From Clostridiales bacterium (GTDB lineage Bacteria > Bacillota > Clostridia > Christensenellales > UBA1242), in contig SVIV01000003.1 of assembly GCA_015069325.1 (NCBI GenBank), forward strand, positions 11,671 through 75,670: DNA of 64,000 nucleotides, read 5' to 3'. The notes beneath the pieces were generated by a model, which had not been told where the DNA came from, did not search any database, and worked only from the letters and a program-made list of their open reading frames with translations. The translations under genes were made by a program, and so were the position numbers. Numbering within the stretch: the stretch's first letter is position 1; every line of letters starts with the position of its first letter. Of this stretch, positions 29,170 through 39,119 are shown in pieces.

Positions 29170-30606
29170 CTAGAATTTGCGTGAATAATCTACTGTAATT
29201 ACCTTTTCTTTTTCTTGTGCTTTCTTCTTATTTTCGCTTCTTTCAACCATTTTATCTGCAAGTATTAATTGTGGAAGTAAAAGTGCAAGAGTTACTATTT
29301 GACCGATAAGCATATACATCGCAAATACACTGTTGTATAAAAGTGCAAATACACCTATAAGCATTGGCATAAATATTCTTGCAAACTTGCCTGCCACTTG
29401 TGGTGGTGGAAGGCCTTTCTTCTTATTTCTACGTCTGTTATACCAAGTTGTAAGTTCACTTGTCCCAAAAGACGCTAAGATGCAAAGCAATGGTAATATA
29501 AAGAATCCATTAACCCTATCTTTTTTTGCTTTTAAATCAGACATAAAGGCATTATAGATGGTTTCTTCGCCTTCTTCTATGTTTTTGCTTCCAATTTGGC
29601 TTACAAGGGTATTATAACTTACAATACTCTTATTGAAAGGTGAATCTGCTACCCAAATGTTTTCAATCCAGAGGAAGCTATCCTTAAAGCCATCGTAGTT
29701 ATCTACAACAAGTGGCATAATAGCGTTTTGAAGAGCGGTAGAGCGATATAATTTTTCTTCGCCTTCTTCTTTGATTATCACATCTTGACTTTCATCATAA
29801 TTTCCTTCTGCATCAACAGGGAAATATTTTTTTAATAATCCTTCAATTACGTTTACATTTGATGGGATTGTTTCCGTCTTTGGAGTAACTCCGTCTTCTT
29901 CAAAAACAATGTTCCCGTCTTTATCTTTTACCTGTCTTGTTCCACCGCCGAAATCTGTTTTGTATTCAATCTTTTTAAGTTGAACACTGCCTGTTTCAGT
30001 TGGATCGCCTAAAAACATTGCAATATACTTTGTGTGTGTTTGTTCTTCATTTTGATCAGAACTAAAGCTATATTCATCTAGAATTGTAAATTTTAAATTA
30101 GCATAATCAGCTTCTGTTAATACATTCCCTTCTTCCAAATACTGATCGTAAACATTAATACAATTGATATATGTATATTTCAATCTTTCATAGTTTTGTG
30201 CGCTTTTGTATGACGCCATTAGGTTTAAGCTTGAAAACAACGAAAAGAAAATTGCAAGGTTGAGTATCATTACAACAAGCATTACAATGCAACTGCCTGT
30301 CATACTCTTTCCTAAGTATTTCTTTTGCAACTCATTTTGCTTTTGTTGAAGCACTTGTGGTTGTTTTTCATACTTTTTTCTTAATGCTTCCATTTCTGGT
30401 TGCATTCTTGCTTGTGCTACACTTTGTTTTTGTGTAGTCCATTTTTGAATAAAATCAACAAAACCCCAAAGAACCTTGATGATTAATGTTAATAAGATGA
30501 TTGCTAAAATGTATTGACCTACGCCTTTTTCAAAAAACTTGATAATGTCAATCCAAAATCCCGTAGGTTCAGTTACGGCTGACAGCAACCCTTTTAAATG
30601 AGCCAT
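29170..30606 (-). CDS. yidC: Membrane protein insertase YidC/Oxa1 family with a long inserted loop
   Basis: [30 protein letters not shown] (the C1 hairpin signature), FLWIENIW...D, and a C-terminal basic tail. 478 aa is large for a Gram-positive YidC. Confidence 0.88.
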   Translation of the reverse strand: MAHLKGLLSAVTEPTGFWIDIIKFFEKGVGQYILAIILLTLIIKVLWGFVDFIQKWTTQKQSVAQARMQPEMEALRKKYEKQPQVLQQKQNELQKKYLGKSMTGSCIVMLVVMILNLAIFFSLFSSLNLMASYKSAQNYERLKYTYINCINVYDQYLEEGNVLTEADYANLKFTILDEYSFSSDQNEEQTHTKYIAMFLGDPTETGSVQLKKIEYKTDFGGGTRQVKDKDGNIVFEEDGVTPKTETIPSNVNVIEGLLKKYFPVDAEGNYDESQDVIIKEEGEEKLYRSTALQNAIMPLVVDNYDGFKDSFLWIENIWVADSPFNKSIVSYNTLVSQIGSKNIEEGEETIYNAFMSDLKAKKDRVNGFFILPLLCILASFGTSELTTWYNRRRNKKKGLPPPQVAGKFARIFMPMLIGVFALLYNSVFAMYMLIGQIVTLALLLPQLILADKMVERSENKKKAQEKEKVITVDYSRKF

Positions 30607-30860
30607 TTTGCTTCTCCTTTAATATTTATTGGAACTGGGTCATAACCACTCTTTCCCTTAGGCCTACACCTTAAAAGCCTTTTAAAACCCATTTTAAAGC
30701 CCCTTAAACCGAATTTGCTGATAGCTTCCAGCATATAACTCGAGCAGGTTGGATAAAACCTGCAGGTATGTGGTAAAAGTGGCGAAATACACCACTTGTA
30801 GAAATAAATGGGTAATTTTAAAATAAAGGCAAAGGTCTTTTTTATTATTTTCATACTCAA
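30594..30860 (-). CDS. yidD: Membrane protein insertion efficiency factor YidD
   Basis: [27 protein letters not shown]...GYDPVP. Confidence 0.88.
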   Translation of the reverse strand: MSMKIIKKTFAFILKLPIYFYKWCISPLLPHTCRFYPTCSSYMLEAISKFGLRGFKMGFKRLLRCRPKGKSGYDPVPINIKGEAKWLI

Positions 30861-30865
30861 GTCCT

Positions 30866-31219
30866 TTACCTTTCATTAAAAAGTTTTTTAAGTTGAAATT
30901 CAATCTCTTGGAAGGATAACTGCCCCGCACCAACGCGTGCAAGTAAAACATAATTATGACCATTTTGGGCAAGAGTGTTTATCCGAACGATTTCTTTCAT
31001 TCTTCTTCTTAAAAGATTTCTTTGATTAGCTTTCCCTACCTTTTTTGAGATTGAATAACCTATTTTGTAATTACTATATTTGCTTTTAACTATGTAAAGA
31101 GTAAAATGCTTTGTGCTTTTACGTTCTCCCTTACGATAAATATAGTTGAATTGATTAATTTTTTTTAATCTGTGGTCTGGCCTTTCTTTTGTTTTAAGCT
31201 GACAATTTTTTTCTTCCAC
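30866..31219 (-). CDS. rnpA: Ribonuclease P protein component
   Basis: 117 aa, basic, with [19 protein letters not shown] and [14 protein letters not shown]. Conserved position after rpmH. The only ATG gives a 26-nt overlap with rpmH. Confidence 0.85.
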   Translation of the reverse strand: MEEKNCQLKTKERPDHRLKKINQFNYIYRKGERKSTKHFTLYIVKSKYSNYKIGYSISKKVGKANQRNLLRRRMKEIVRINTLAQNGHNYVLLARVGAGQLSFQEIEFQLKKLFNER

Positions 31220-31328
31220 GATTTCTTCTTCTCTTTAAAACATTTCTACCACTTTTAGTTCTCATTCTTTCTCTAAAACCGTGAACTTTGCTTCTTTGTC
31301 TTTTCTTTGGCTGATAAGTTCTTTTCAT
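31194..31328 (-). CDS. rpmH: 50S ribosomal protein L34
   Basis: Absent from the ORF track because it is under 60 aa. My translation is [49 protein letters not shown] lies upstream. Confidence 0.9.
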   Translation of the reverse strand: MKRTYQPKKRQRSKVHGFRERMRTKSGRNVLKRRRNRGRKKLSA

Positions 31329-31937
31329 AGTGTGCGCCTCCTTTTATTATTTGACTATAGTATTATAAATTATCTTTTTGCGTTTGTCAATCTTTTAGGC
31401 TAAAAAAAGTTATAAAAAAAAGTCCCGTTTTTATGAAGAAAAAACGAGTCTATACTATTTTATAAATATGATTTAAGGCTTTTTGCTTATTTTGAGATTC
31501 ATTCAAGCCTTCAATCAACTAAATTTTGTTTTTAAATTTCACTAAAAAATCTGTAGCCATAGTGGCAATTTTCTGCCCTAAATAATTTTAAAAATCCTAA
31601 AAATTTCAGTAAAAAACAAGCCTAATTTTCACAGTTTAATCAGTATTTTATGGAGATAAAATTCACCTTAATTTTTTATAATCAAAATAACAAAAAAATA
31701 AACAAAATCAAATATTTTAACAACATTTTTACGGACAAAAATATTATGTTATATTTTTATAACAATTACTCTTGTTTTATCGCATTTTTTATGCCATTAT
31801 AAATATAAAACAATTATAATTTTGCCATAAAAATTTACGTTAAACTTAATTATTTTTTTGCCCCACAAACATCTCATTTTTATTGATAAAAATGCAACAT
31901 TTTTGCTCTTTTTTTAAGGCTTAAATTATTTGTTTTT

Positions 31938-32462
31938 TTACTTCCCAGAATGCCCCCAAGCACCATCTCGACGAGCTGAAGGAATAGCAAAAAGTTCATC
32001 ATACGGAATCTCTTTTACTTCCATATCTTCAACTCTATGCACAACGCCTTGCGCTATTGCTTTTGAATAGGGATAAACAAGCGCTTCTGAATAATCTGGA
32101 TAAGCTTTTTTAAATTCTTCTTCAGAAATTTTTGAGATAATAAGGGGTTTTTGATTTGCATTAAACAAGGCTATTTTGATTTCTCCGCGATATCCACTGT
32201 CAATAACACCGGCGCTTCTTTTAATACCTTTTGAACCTGTGCCAGATCGTTCTTCAATTTGAAGATAGTATTCTTCACTTGAAGCCCACGCTATTCCTGT
32301 AGGAATAAGCCTTGTTTGCAATGGTTGTAAAATAATATAATCTTCTTCAAAACAAGAGTAGAAATCATAACCTGCATTTTCATTTTCTCTTGTTGGAATG
32401 ATAGCTGTCGGCTTTATCTTAGCAAAATACATTGCCCGTTTGTTTTCAAAATAGTCTTTCAT
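31938..32462 (-). CDS. dut: dUTP diphosphatase
   Basis: AGYDFYS (motif I), SGTGSKG, GVIDSGYRGEIKIALFN (motif III), and the C-terminal RRDGAWGHSGK (motif V-like). Confidence 0.8.
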   Translation of the reverse strand: MKDYFENKRAMYFAKIKPTAIIPTRENENAGYDFYSCFEEDYIILQPLQTRLIPTGIAWASSEEYYLQIEERSGTGSKGIKRSAGVIDSGYRGEIKIALFNANQKPLIISKISEEEFKKAYPDYSEALVYPYSKAIAQGVVHRVEDMEVKEIPYDELFAIPSARRDGAWGHSGK

Positions 32463-32541
32463 CTTCCCTTATCCTCTTCGCCATTATAACAAGAAAAAAA
32501 ATTAAAAGCAAACAAAAATCGACATTTTTTAAAAATATTTT

Positions 32542-32558
32542 TTATCCACATTTCCACA
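32542..32558. promoter_or_regulatory. DnaA-box doublet
   Basis: A perfect TTATCCACA (32542-32550) immediately followed by TTTCCACA. Confidence 0.45.
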
Positions 32559-32896
32559 TTTTACATATAGTTAAATATCACCAATTAAAGCAATATTTAT
32601 TTATATAATAAATAATAATTATAATATAAATAAGAAAATGGTTGTTATCAAAATATAATCTTTAGTCTTTTATTCGGACAAGCAAAACAATTTTTTAATT
32701 CTTAAAAAAAGATTTGATAAATTTAAAAATAGTTATCAAATCTTAAAATATTTTTTTTAAATTTTGTAAACTCATTCAATCACAAAGTGCTTATCAAGTT
32801 TTGCAACTTAGGAAAACACCCATTATAGCTTTTATATATTATACTATATAAATAAAAAAATCGCCCTAACTAAACGATTAAAGCGATTTTTTTTAG

Positions 32897-33997
32897 TTAT
32901 CCAATTATTCGAACTGGAAGGATAAGATATAAATATTCATCATCTTCGGTAGGAACAATAACGCAAGGTTTTGTGCTGTCATTGAAGCAAATTTTTACGA
33001 AATCATCTCCTACTGCCTTTAAACTTTCAAGAAAATATCTTGGATTAAATGAAATAAGCAAATCTTTTCCAGATAATGTAACAGGTATATTTTCTTTTAA
33101 GTTTCCAAGTTCTGAATTAGAAGTGATGCAGATGTTGTTTTCTTTGATATCAAATTTTACGAAATTATTATTGCTTGTGCGAGAAAGAAGTGTTGCTCTT
33201 TCTAAAGATTCTTCAAATTGAGCTTTATTTACAATTACAAAACTTTCATAGTTTACAGGAATGATTTGTCCGTAATTGATATAATCTCCTTCTAATAGTC
33301 TTGAAGTTACCTTTGTATCCCCAAGATCCACCATAATAGTATATTTGTCAACATAAATGTTAATTACTTCATCAGTGTCATCAATCAGCTTACTAAGTTC
33401 TGATAAGCTTCTTGCAGGCACTACAATTGATTTTTTCATGTTTGTTGTAATATTTTTCTTTACTCTTGCAAGTCTATATCCATCAAGTGCAACGACATTT
33501 ACAAAATTATTTGAAATATCAAAAAGCACACCTTTAAGAATAGGTCTTGAATCATCAATAGCTACTGAGAAAATTGATTTTGAAACGCAAGCTTTAAAAT
33601 CTTTTTTTGTAATACCAAAATATTCTAAAGTATCCACTTTCTTAAATCCTGGATATTCAATTGGATTGTAACATTGAATTACTGATTGACTATCTTCATA
33701 TCTGATTGACATTTGATTTTTTTCATTCACATCAAGTTCAATAATTGAATTGGTAAGTTTTTTCACAAACTCAGTGATGAATCTTCCTGGAACAACTGTT
33801 TCGCCTTCACTTTTTACAGTAGCTTTAATTTTCTTTTCAATCGAAAGCTCTGTGTCCGTCGCTGAAAGAGTAAGTGTATCATCTTCAGCAGAAATCTTGA
33901 TTCCTTCCAAAATTGGATTTGTAATTTTGTTTGAAATCGCTTTACTTACTTTCAAAAGAGCATCTGAAAGTTCTAATCCTTGACAATTTACTAACAT
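32897..33997 (-). CDS. dnaN: DNA polymerase III beta sliding clamp
   Basis: Typical beta-clamp sequence (MLVNCQGLELSDALLKVSKAISNK ... ILPVRI). Start moved to ATG 33997, which has AAAGGAG upstream. Confidence 0.92.
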   Translation of the reverse strand: MLVNCQGLELSDALLKVSKAISNKITNPILEGIKISAEDDTLTLSATDTELSIEKKIKATVKSEGETVVPGRFITEFVKKLTNSIIELDVNEKNQMSIRYEDSQSVIQCYNPIEYPGFKKVDTLEYFGITKKDFKACVSKSIFSVAIDDSRPILKGVLFDISNNFVNVVALDGYRLARVKKNITTNMKKSIVVPARSLSELSKLIDDTDEVINIYVDKYTIMVDLGDTKVTSRLLEGDYINYGQIIPVNYESFVIVNKAQFEESLERATLLSRTSNNNFVKFDIKENNICITSNSELGNLKENIPVTLSGKDLLISFNPRYFLESLKAVGDDFVKICFNDSTKPCVIVPTEDDEYLYLILPVRIIG

Positions 33998-34066
33998 ACT
34001 AAACTCCTTTTTTTTGTCTAATATATTATAACATTTTTCGTCTTTTAAGTCAAGTCTTTGTCCCAA

Positions 34067-34540
34067 ATAATCTATATTTATATATAATATATTATAAAAA
34101 AAATATAATAATATTATAGATTAATTTATGAAATAATAAATATTTAATTCATTAAAAATAGTAAATTAATTATATTTATTTTTTTATTAATTATATTTAT
34201 AAAATAATTATTTATTGCTATAATTAAAATTAATTAAATAAATATTATTTGGTTAAAAAATGATATTTATATCCTAAATAATTAATAAAAAAAATGGTAT
34301 TTATTTTATAAATAAAAATCGCTATTCCCCTTGCAAATAAAGGTCTATAGCGATTTATTTAAATATAATATTTTATTGATTTTGTCATAATAATATTAAT
34401 AGTGGGTGTGGAAATGTGGATAACTTTTTGTGGATACAACTAGTAGTATTTTTCGATTTTATTTTTTAAAAAAATTACACTAAATATTGATTTTTTATTT
34501 TGTGGACAAGTTGTGGATTAATGAGATTTTTTATACACAT
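34067..34540. other. Candidate oriC (AT-rich unwinding block plus DnaA-box cluster)
   Basis: TGTGGATAA 34415-34423 (perfect). One-mismatch boxes at 34429-34437, 34501-34509, 34512-34520 and 34531-34539. 34067-34310 is almost pure A/T, with the 14-mer TTAATTATATTTAT repeated at 34166 and 34187. Confidence 0.55.
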
Positions 34541-34541
34541 A

Positions 34542-35900
34542 TCAACATTCTTTAAGCATTTTCTTTATTTCACTTACGAAATTTTTGATTTTTTGAGAAG
34601 TTTTTAATCCGTCAGTGATCTTATCTCTTGAATGCATTATTGTCGTATGGTCTCTACCGCCAAAAATTTTGCCGATTGAAACAAGTGGCATTTCAAGAAT
34701 CTCGTTGATAAGATAGATTGCAATCATTCTTGGTTCTACAACTTCTTTGCTTTTTTTCTTACCTATAATATCTTGTTTTGTTATATCGAAATATTTACAA
34801 ACGGTCGCGATAATATCGTCTGCAGATATCCCTGCATTGCGGTCTTCTTCAAGCTGACCATCAAATGCTTCAATTGCTTCTTCCATTGTTGCTGTTGTTT
34901 TATTAGCAATACTTGCAAGGAAATGCACCTTTGAAAGCATACCTTCAAGTTCTCGAATATTAGAATTAACTTTTTCTGCTATAAATTCAATAACATCTTC
35001 GTCTATTGAGTATTTTTCAATTTGACATTTTTTTCTAAGAATAGCAATTCTTGTTTCAAATTCAGGTTGCTGAATATCTTGAATAAGTCCACTTGTTAGT
35101 CTTGTGCATAATCTATCTGTAAGGGTTTCAATTTCTTTAGGTGGACGATCTGATGTAATAATTATTTGTTTGTTGCTTTGGTAAAGTTCATTGAAAGTAT
35201 TAAAGAATTCTTCTTGTGTGCTAGTCTTTTTAGAAATAAATTGAATGTCGTCAACCATCAATACATCTAAATTTCGATATTTTTTTCTAAATTCTAATAT
35301 TGCCTTATTTTTTTCTGTATTTCCAAAAGATAAGGATTCTATGTAATCATTAACAAAATTTTCACAGGTGATATACATAACATTTAAATTTGGATTAAAT
35401 TCTCGTAAATAATTGCCGATAGCGTGTAGTATATGAGTTTTTCCAAGTCCACTTCCACCATAAATGAAAAGCGGATTAAATTTTTCTCCAGGGTGTTCAG
35501 CTACAGCGTGTGCTGCGGCATAAACAAAGTGGTTTGATTTTCCTACAACAAAGTTATTGAAAGTATATTTTGGATTAAAAGGGTTTTTAGTAAGCTCAAC
35601 GCCCCTATCAGCTTCTTTTACGCCGTGAGTTTTGATATATTCAATTTCTTCGGCAGGATCAAGTATTTCAATCACAGCTTCATTACCAAAGATATCTTTA
35701 GTAGCAGACGAAAGTTTATCAAAATAATTTCTTGTTAATTGATTTTTGGCTGAAGTTGTGTTTGCAGATATAATCAACTTCTTATTTTCCACAAAATCAA
35801 TAAGTTTCAATGGTTTAAACCACATAATAAAAGAAATATTTGAAACTGTAAGTTCGAGTTTATCTAAAACTGCTTTCCAAAGAGATGATAATTCCTTCAT
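34542..35900 (-). CDS. dnaA: Chromosomal replication initiator protein DnaA
   Basis: The AAA+ motif GGSGLGKTHILHAIGN, LMVDDIQF, and the domain IV motif RDHTTIMHS. Confidence 0.97.
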   Translation of the reverse strand: MKELSSLWKAVLDKLELTVSNISFIMWFKPLKLIDFVENKKLIISANTTSAKNQLTRNYFDKLSSATKDIFGNEAVIEILDPAEEIEYIKTHGVKEADRGVELTKNPFNPKYTFNNFVVGKSNHFVYAAAHAVAEHPGEKFNPLFIYGGSGLGKTHILHAIGNYLREFNPNLNVMYITCENFVNDYIESLSFGNTEKNKAILEFRKKYRNLDVLMVDDIQFISKKTSTQEEFFNTFNELYQSNKQIIITSDRPPKEIETLTDRLCTRLTSGLIQDIQQPEFETRIAILRKKCQIEKYSIDEDVIEFIAEKVNSNIRELEGMLSKVHFLASIANKTTATMEEAIEAFDGQLEEDRNAGISADDIIATVCKYFDITKQDIIGKKKSKEVVEPRMIAIYLINEILEMPLVSIGKIFGGRDHTTIMHSRDKITDGLKTSQKIKNFVSEIKKMLKEC

Positions 35901-36053
35901 AATAAACCTGCCTTTTTTATATTATAAATATATTATATAAATAAAAGTTTTTTTTGTCAAGTCTGAGTGTCGATAAAAAAGCGATTTTTAAAAATTAAGA
36001 TAAAACTCATAAATTTTATTGAAAAAATCAATATTTTTTGCTAATATAATGAT

Positions 36054-37133
36054 ATGTATATCAAAAATTTAACTTTGAAAGATTATCGTTCTTATAAAAA
36101 TAAGACTTTCAAGTTCTGCGAAAACGTTAATGTGCTTGTAGGTAAAAATGCTCAAGGAAAAACAAATGTCCTTGAAGCAATCTTTTTTATGGTGCTGGGC
36201 AAAAGCTTTAAAACTTCAAAAGAAAAAGAAGTGATCACTTGGCAAAAAGATAATGCATATATTAAAGGTGAATTTCAAAAAAAGTATAGAGAAGTAAAAA
36301 TTGAACTGTTTTTTGATAAAAATTGCAAAAAAAGCATTAAAATCGATGAAATTAGTATAAAAAAGATAGGAGAACTTATGAGTAATGTTAACGCAGTATT
36401 CTTTTCTCCTGACGAATTAAAATTAATAAAAGATAGTCCAGATGAACGAAGAAGATTTATGAATGTTGTTTTAAGTCAAACAAACAAAAGATATTTTTAT
36501 ATGCTTGGTAGATATGAAAAAGTATTAGCTAACAGAAATAAACTTCTTAAAGAAAGTAGGGATATTGAAGTCTTGAAAGATACTATTGATATTTGGGACA
36601 GGGCGTTATCTGATTTTGCGGAAAAAATATATATAGAAAGAAATAATTTTATTCGGGAAATAGCTCCTTTTGCCTCGTTGGCGCATGAATATTTGTCAGA
36701 TGGCAAAGAAAATATAGCACTTGAATATAAAAGTTCTTTTTCAGGCGAAGGTTATGCTGAAAAAATGATGAAAACTTTATCAAAAAGCTTAGAAAAAGAC
36801 TTTAAATTGGGTTACACTACTGTTGGCGTTCATAGAGACGAAATAGATATTTATTTAAATGGTGTAGAAGTAAAGACTTTTGGAAGTCAAGGGCAACAAA
36901 GGACTGTTGCATTATCGTTAAAACTTGCAGAACTTGAGTTTATAAAAAACAAAGTAGGTGAATATCCGATTTTATTGCTAGATGATGTGTTTAGCGAATT
37001 AGATCAAGGGCGAAGAAGGAAACTTTTAAAATTTACACAAAAAACACAAACAATAATTACCTGCACTGAGTTTAATGAAAATGTTGATAATTTTAAAGGA
37101 CAAATTTTTGAAATAAAAAAAGAAGATAATTAA
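36054..37133 (+). CDS. recF: DNA replication and repair protein RecF
   Basis: MYIKNLTLKDYRSYK...VGKNAQGKTNVLEAI (Walker A), the signature GSQGQQRT, and Walker B LLLDDVFSELD. Confidence 0.93.
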   Translation: MYIKNLTLKDYRSYKNKTFKFCENVNVLVGKNAQGKTNVLEAIFFMVLGKSFKTSKEKEVITWQKDNAYIKGEFQKKYREVKIELFFDKNCKKSIKIDEISIKKIGELMSNVNAVFFSPDELKLIKDSPDERRRFMNVVLSQTNKRYFYMLGRYEKVLANRNKLLKESRDIEVLKDTIDIWDRALSDFAEKIYIERNNFIREIAPFASLAHEYLSDGKENIALEYKSSFSGEGYAEKMMKTLSKSLEKDFKLGYTTVGVHRDEIDIYLNGVEVKTFGSQGQQRTVALSLKLAELEFIKNKVGEYPILLLDDVFSELDQGRRRKLLKFTQKTQTIITCTEFNENVDNFKGQIFEIKKEDN

Positions 37134-37141
37134 TTTTTACT

Positions 37142-37175
37142 AAAAAAGAGTTTGGATATTTCAAACTCTTTTTTT
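37142..37175 (+). terminator. Rho-independent terminator after recF
   Basis: AAGAGTTTG (37146-37154) pairs with CAAACTCTT (37162-37170), followed by TTTTT. Confidence 0.7.
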
Positions 37176-37183
37176 AGTTTTAA

Positions 37184-37296
37184 AAAATTAAAATATAAAA
37201 TTAAAATATAAAATTAAAATATAAAATTAAAATATAAAATTAAAATATAAAATTAAAATATAAAATTAAAATATAAATTAAAATATAAATTAAAAT
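37184..37296. repeat. Tandem repeat: 7 perfect copies of the 13-mer AAAATTAAAATAT, then one 12-bp copy and a truncated 10-bp copy
   Basis: Counted directly: perfect units start at 37184, 37197, 37210, 37223, 37236, 37249 and 37262. AAATTAAAATAT follows at 37275, then a partial copy AAATTAAAAT at 37287-37296. Confidence 0.95.
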
Positions 37297-38057
37297 TTAA
37301 AAAAAACAATAAAAATATAATAAAACAATAAAAAAATAATTTAAAAACATCTAATTATGAAAAAATAGTTGAATTTAATTTATTTTTTATAAAAAAATAT
37401 AATTATTTTTTATTGTCCTGCGATTTCTTGAATTGCTTTTATTAGGCGTTGGTAAAAAACGAAACGCTAAAAATTGCTTTTTGTTTTTTTTAGTTTATCA
37501 TATTTTGTTGATGTGCGGTGCTTGTATTATATATAGATATATTATATATATTATATATTATATATATACTAAAAGAAGAAGTAGTTGAAAAGACAGATGT
37601 TGTATTCTGAAAATTTGAAAGATATTTATGTAGGTGGCGTGTGATAGGATTGTGATTTTGTTTTGTCAACAAAAATAAAACAATGTTTAATAGCCTGCGT
37701 AAATAAAAATAATTAAAATTAAATAACGAGCAAAATAATTATAATAAAAATAAAAAGAAAAAATAATTATAAATAAAACGATTTTAAAGAAAAAAATAAA
37801 TTAAAAATATAAACAAAATATTAAAAATAATAAAATTATTAAAATAAAAAATAAAAATAATCAATAAAATATTTTTTTTGTTATTTATTAATTGGTTTTT
37901 TTGTTTATTAATTAATTTATTTAAATTATAATTTTAAATTAATGTTTAAATATTTTTGCATTATTAACAAATAAAACAATTTTAAAATAATTTAATTTTA
38001 AATAATGCAATAATTAAAATAAAAAAGCGATATTTTTTCAAAATATCGCTAAAATAA

Positions 38058-39119
38058 TTAATTTTTAATATTTTTATAATTTATCCCCATTGCGTTTTTC
38101 ATTTTATCGACTGTGATTTGGGCTTCTTGCGCTGCTAGTTCGGAATTTTTAAATAACATTTCATAAATGTCGTCGATATGTTTTAAGCACTCTTCTCGTC
38201 TTTTTCTCATTGGGGATAAAAGTTCTTGAATGATATTGTTTAAAAATAGCTTAACTTTTACGTCTCCTAGTCCGCCGCGAGTGTAGTGTGCTTTTAATTC
38301 GTCAAGGTTTTTGTAATCTGGAAGGTATTTTTCAAAGTGTTCATCTTTGCAAAATGCGTCAAGGTATGCAAAAACAACGTTTCCTTCAAGTTTTCCGGGA
38401 TCGGAAACTTTAATGTGGTCAGGATCTGTGTATGCTGACATAATTTTTTGTTTTACAGTTGCTTCGTCGTCGCATAGATAAATGCAATTGCCTGCGGATT
38501 TTGACATTTTTAATTTTCCGTCAAGCCCTGGGAGTCGTTGGTTGATTTTGTTTTCTGGGATAATTGCTTTTGGCAGGTGAAATATTTCTTCGTTAGGTGA
38601 ATAAAGGTAATTAAATGATTGCACGATTTCTCTTGTTTGTTCAATCATTGGCAGTTGGTCTCCGCCTACCGGCACAAGGGTTGATCTGAAAGCTAAAATG
38701 TCGGCAGCTTGTGAAACTGGGTAATTGATAAAACCGATAGGTATTGATGTTTCAAAACCGCGTTGTTTTATTTCATCTTTAATAGTAGGGTTTCTCTGCA
38801 GGCGAGAAAGTGTAACAAAATTCATAAAATAAGTTGTTATTTCTGCGAGCTGAGGAACGAGCGATTGGATGAAAATGCAAACTTTGTTAGGGTTTATTCC
38901 TGCAGAAATGTAATCAATTGCAACTTGGATTAAATTTTCTCTGACTTTTTGGACATTGTTTGCGTTATCGGTAAGCGCTTGTGTGTCGGCAATCATTATA
39001 TAAAATTTATCGTAGTCGACGCTGTCTTGCATTTCTACTCTTGTTTTTAAAGAACCTACATAGTGTCCTAAATGCAAATTTCCTGTTGGTCGATCTCCTG
39101 TTAATATGATTTCTTTCAT
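38058..39119 (-). CDS. trpS: Tryptophan--tRNA ligase
   Basis: HIGH motif GNLHLGHY and KMSKS motif KMSKSAGN. Start moved to MKEIILTGDRPTG after AAGGAG. Confidence 0.93.
   Translation of the reverse strand: MKEIILTGDRPTGNLHLGHYVGSLKTRVEMQDSVDYDKFYIMIADTQALTDNANNVQKVRENLIQVAIDYISAGINPNKVCIFIQSLVPQLAEITTYFMNFVTLSRLQRNPTIKDEIKQRGFETSIPIGFINYPVSQAADILAFRSTLVPVGGDQLPMIEQTREIVQSFNYLYSPNEEIFHLPKAIIPENKINQRLPGLDGKLKMSKSAGNCIYLCDDEATVKQKIMSAYTDPDHIKVSDPGKLEGNVVFAYLDAFCKDEHFEKYLPDYKNLDELKAHYTRGGLGDVKVKLFLNNIIQELLSPMRKRREECLKHIDDIYEMLFKNSELAAQEAQITVDKMKNAMGINYKNIKN

Noticed and set aside
30694-30972. 92-aa minus-strand ORF overlapping yidD and rnpA
   Set aside because: It is an alternative frame across two conserved genes, with no independent signals.
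34438-34449. DnaA-trio element (TAGTAGTAT) next to the box pair
   Set aside because: It is not listed as a separate feature. There are only 2-3 repeat units, and I cannot confirm from memory that the orientation relative to the adjacent box matches the described architecture. It is mentioned only as a detail of the oriC finding.
37184-37296. Possible CRISPR array (regular short repeats)
   Set aside because: The units are directly abutting 13-mers with no spacers, and there are no cas genes in the window. It is a simple tandem repeat.
37490-37672. 60-aa minus-strand ORF in the recF-trpS spacer
   Set aside because: It is a low-complexity translation of the TA-rich block (IYIIYNIYNISIYN) with no SD.
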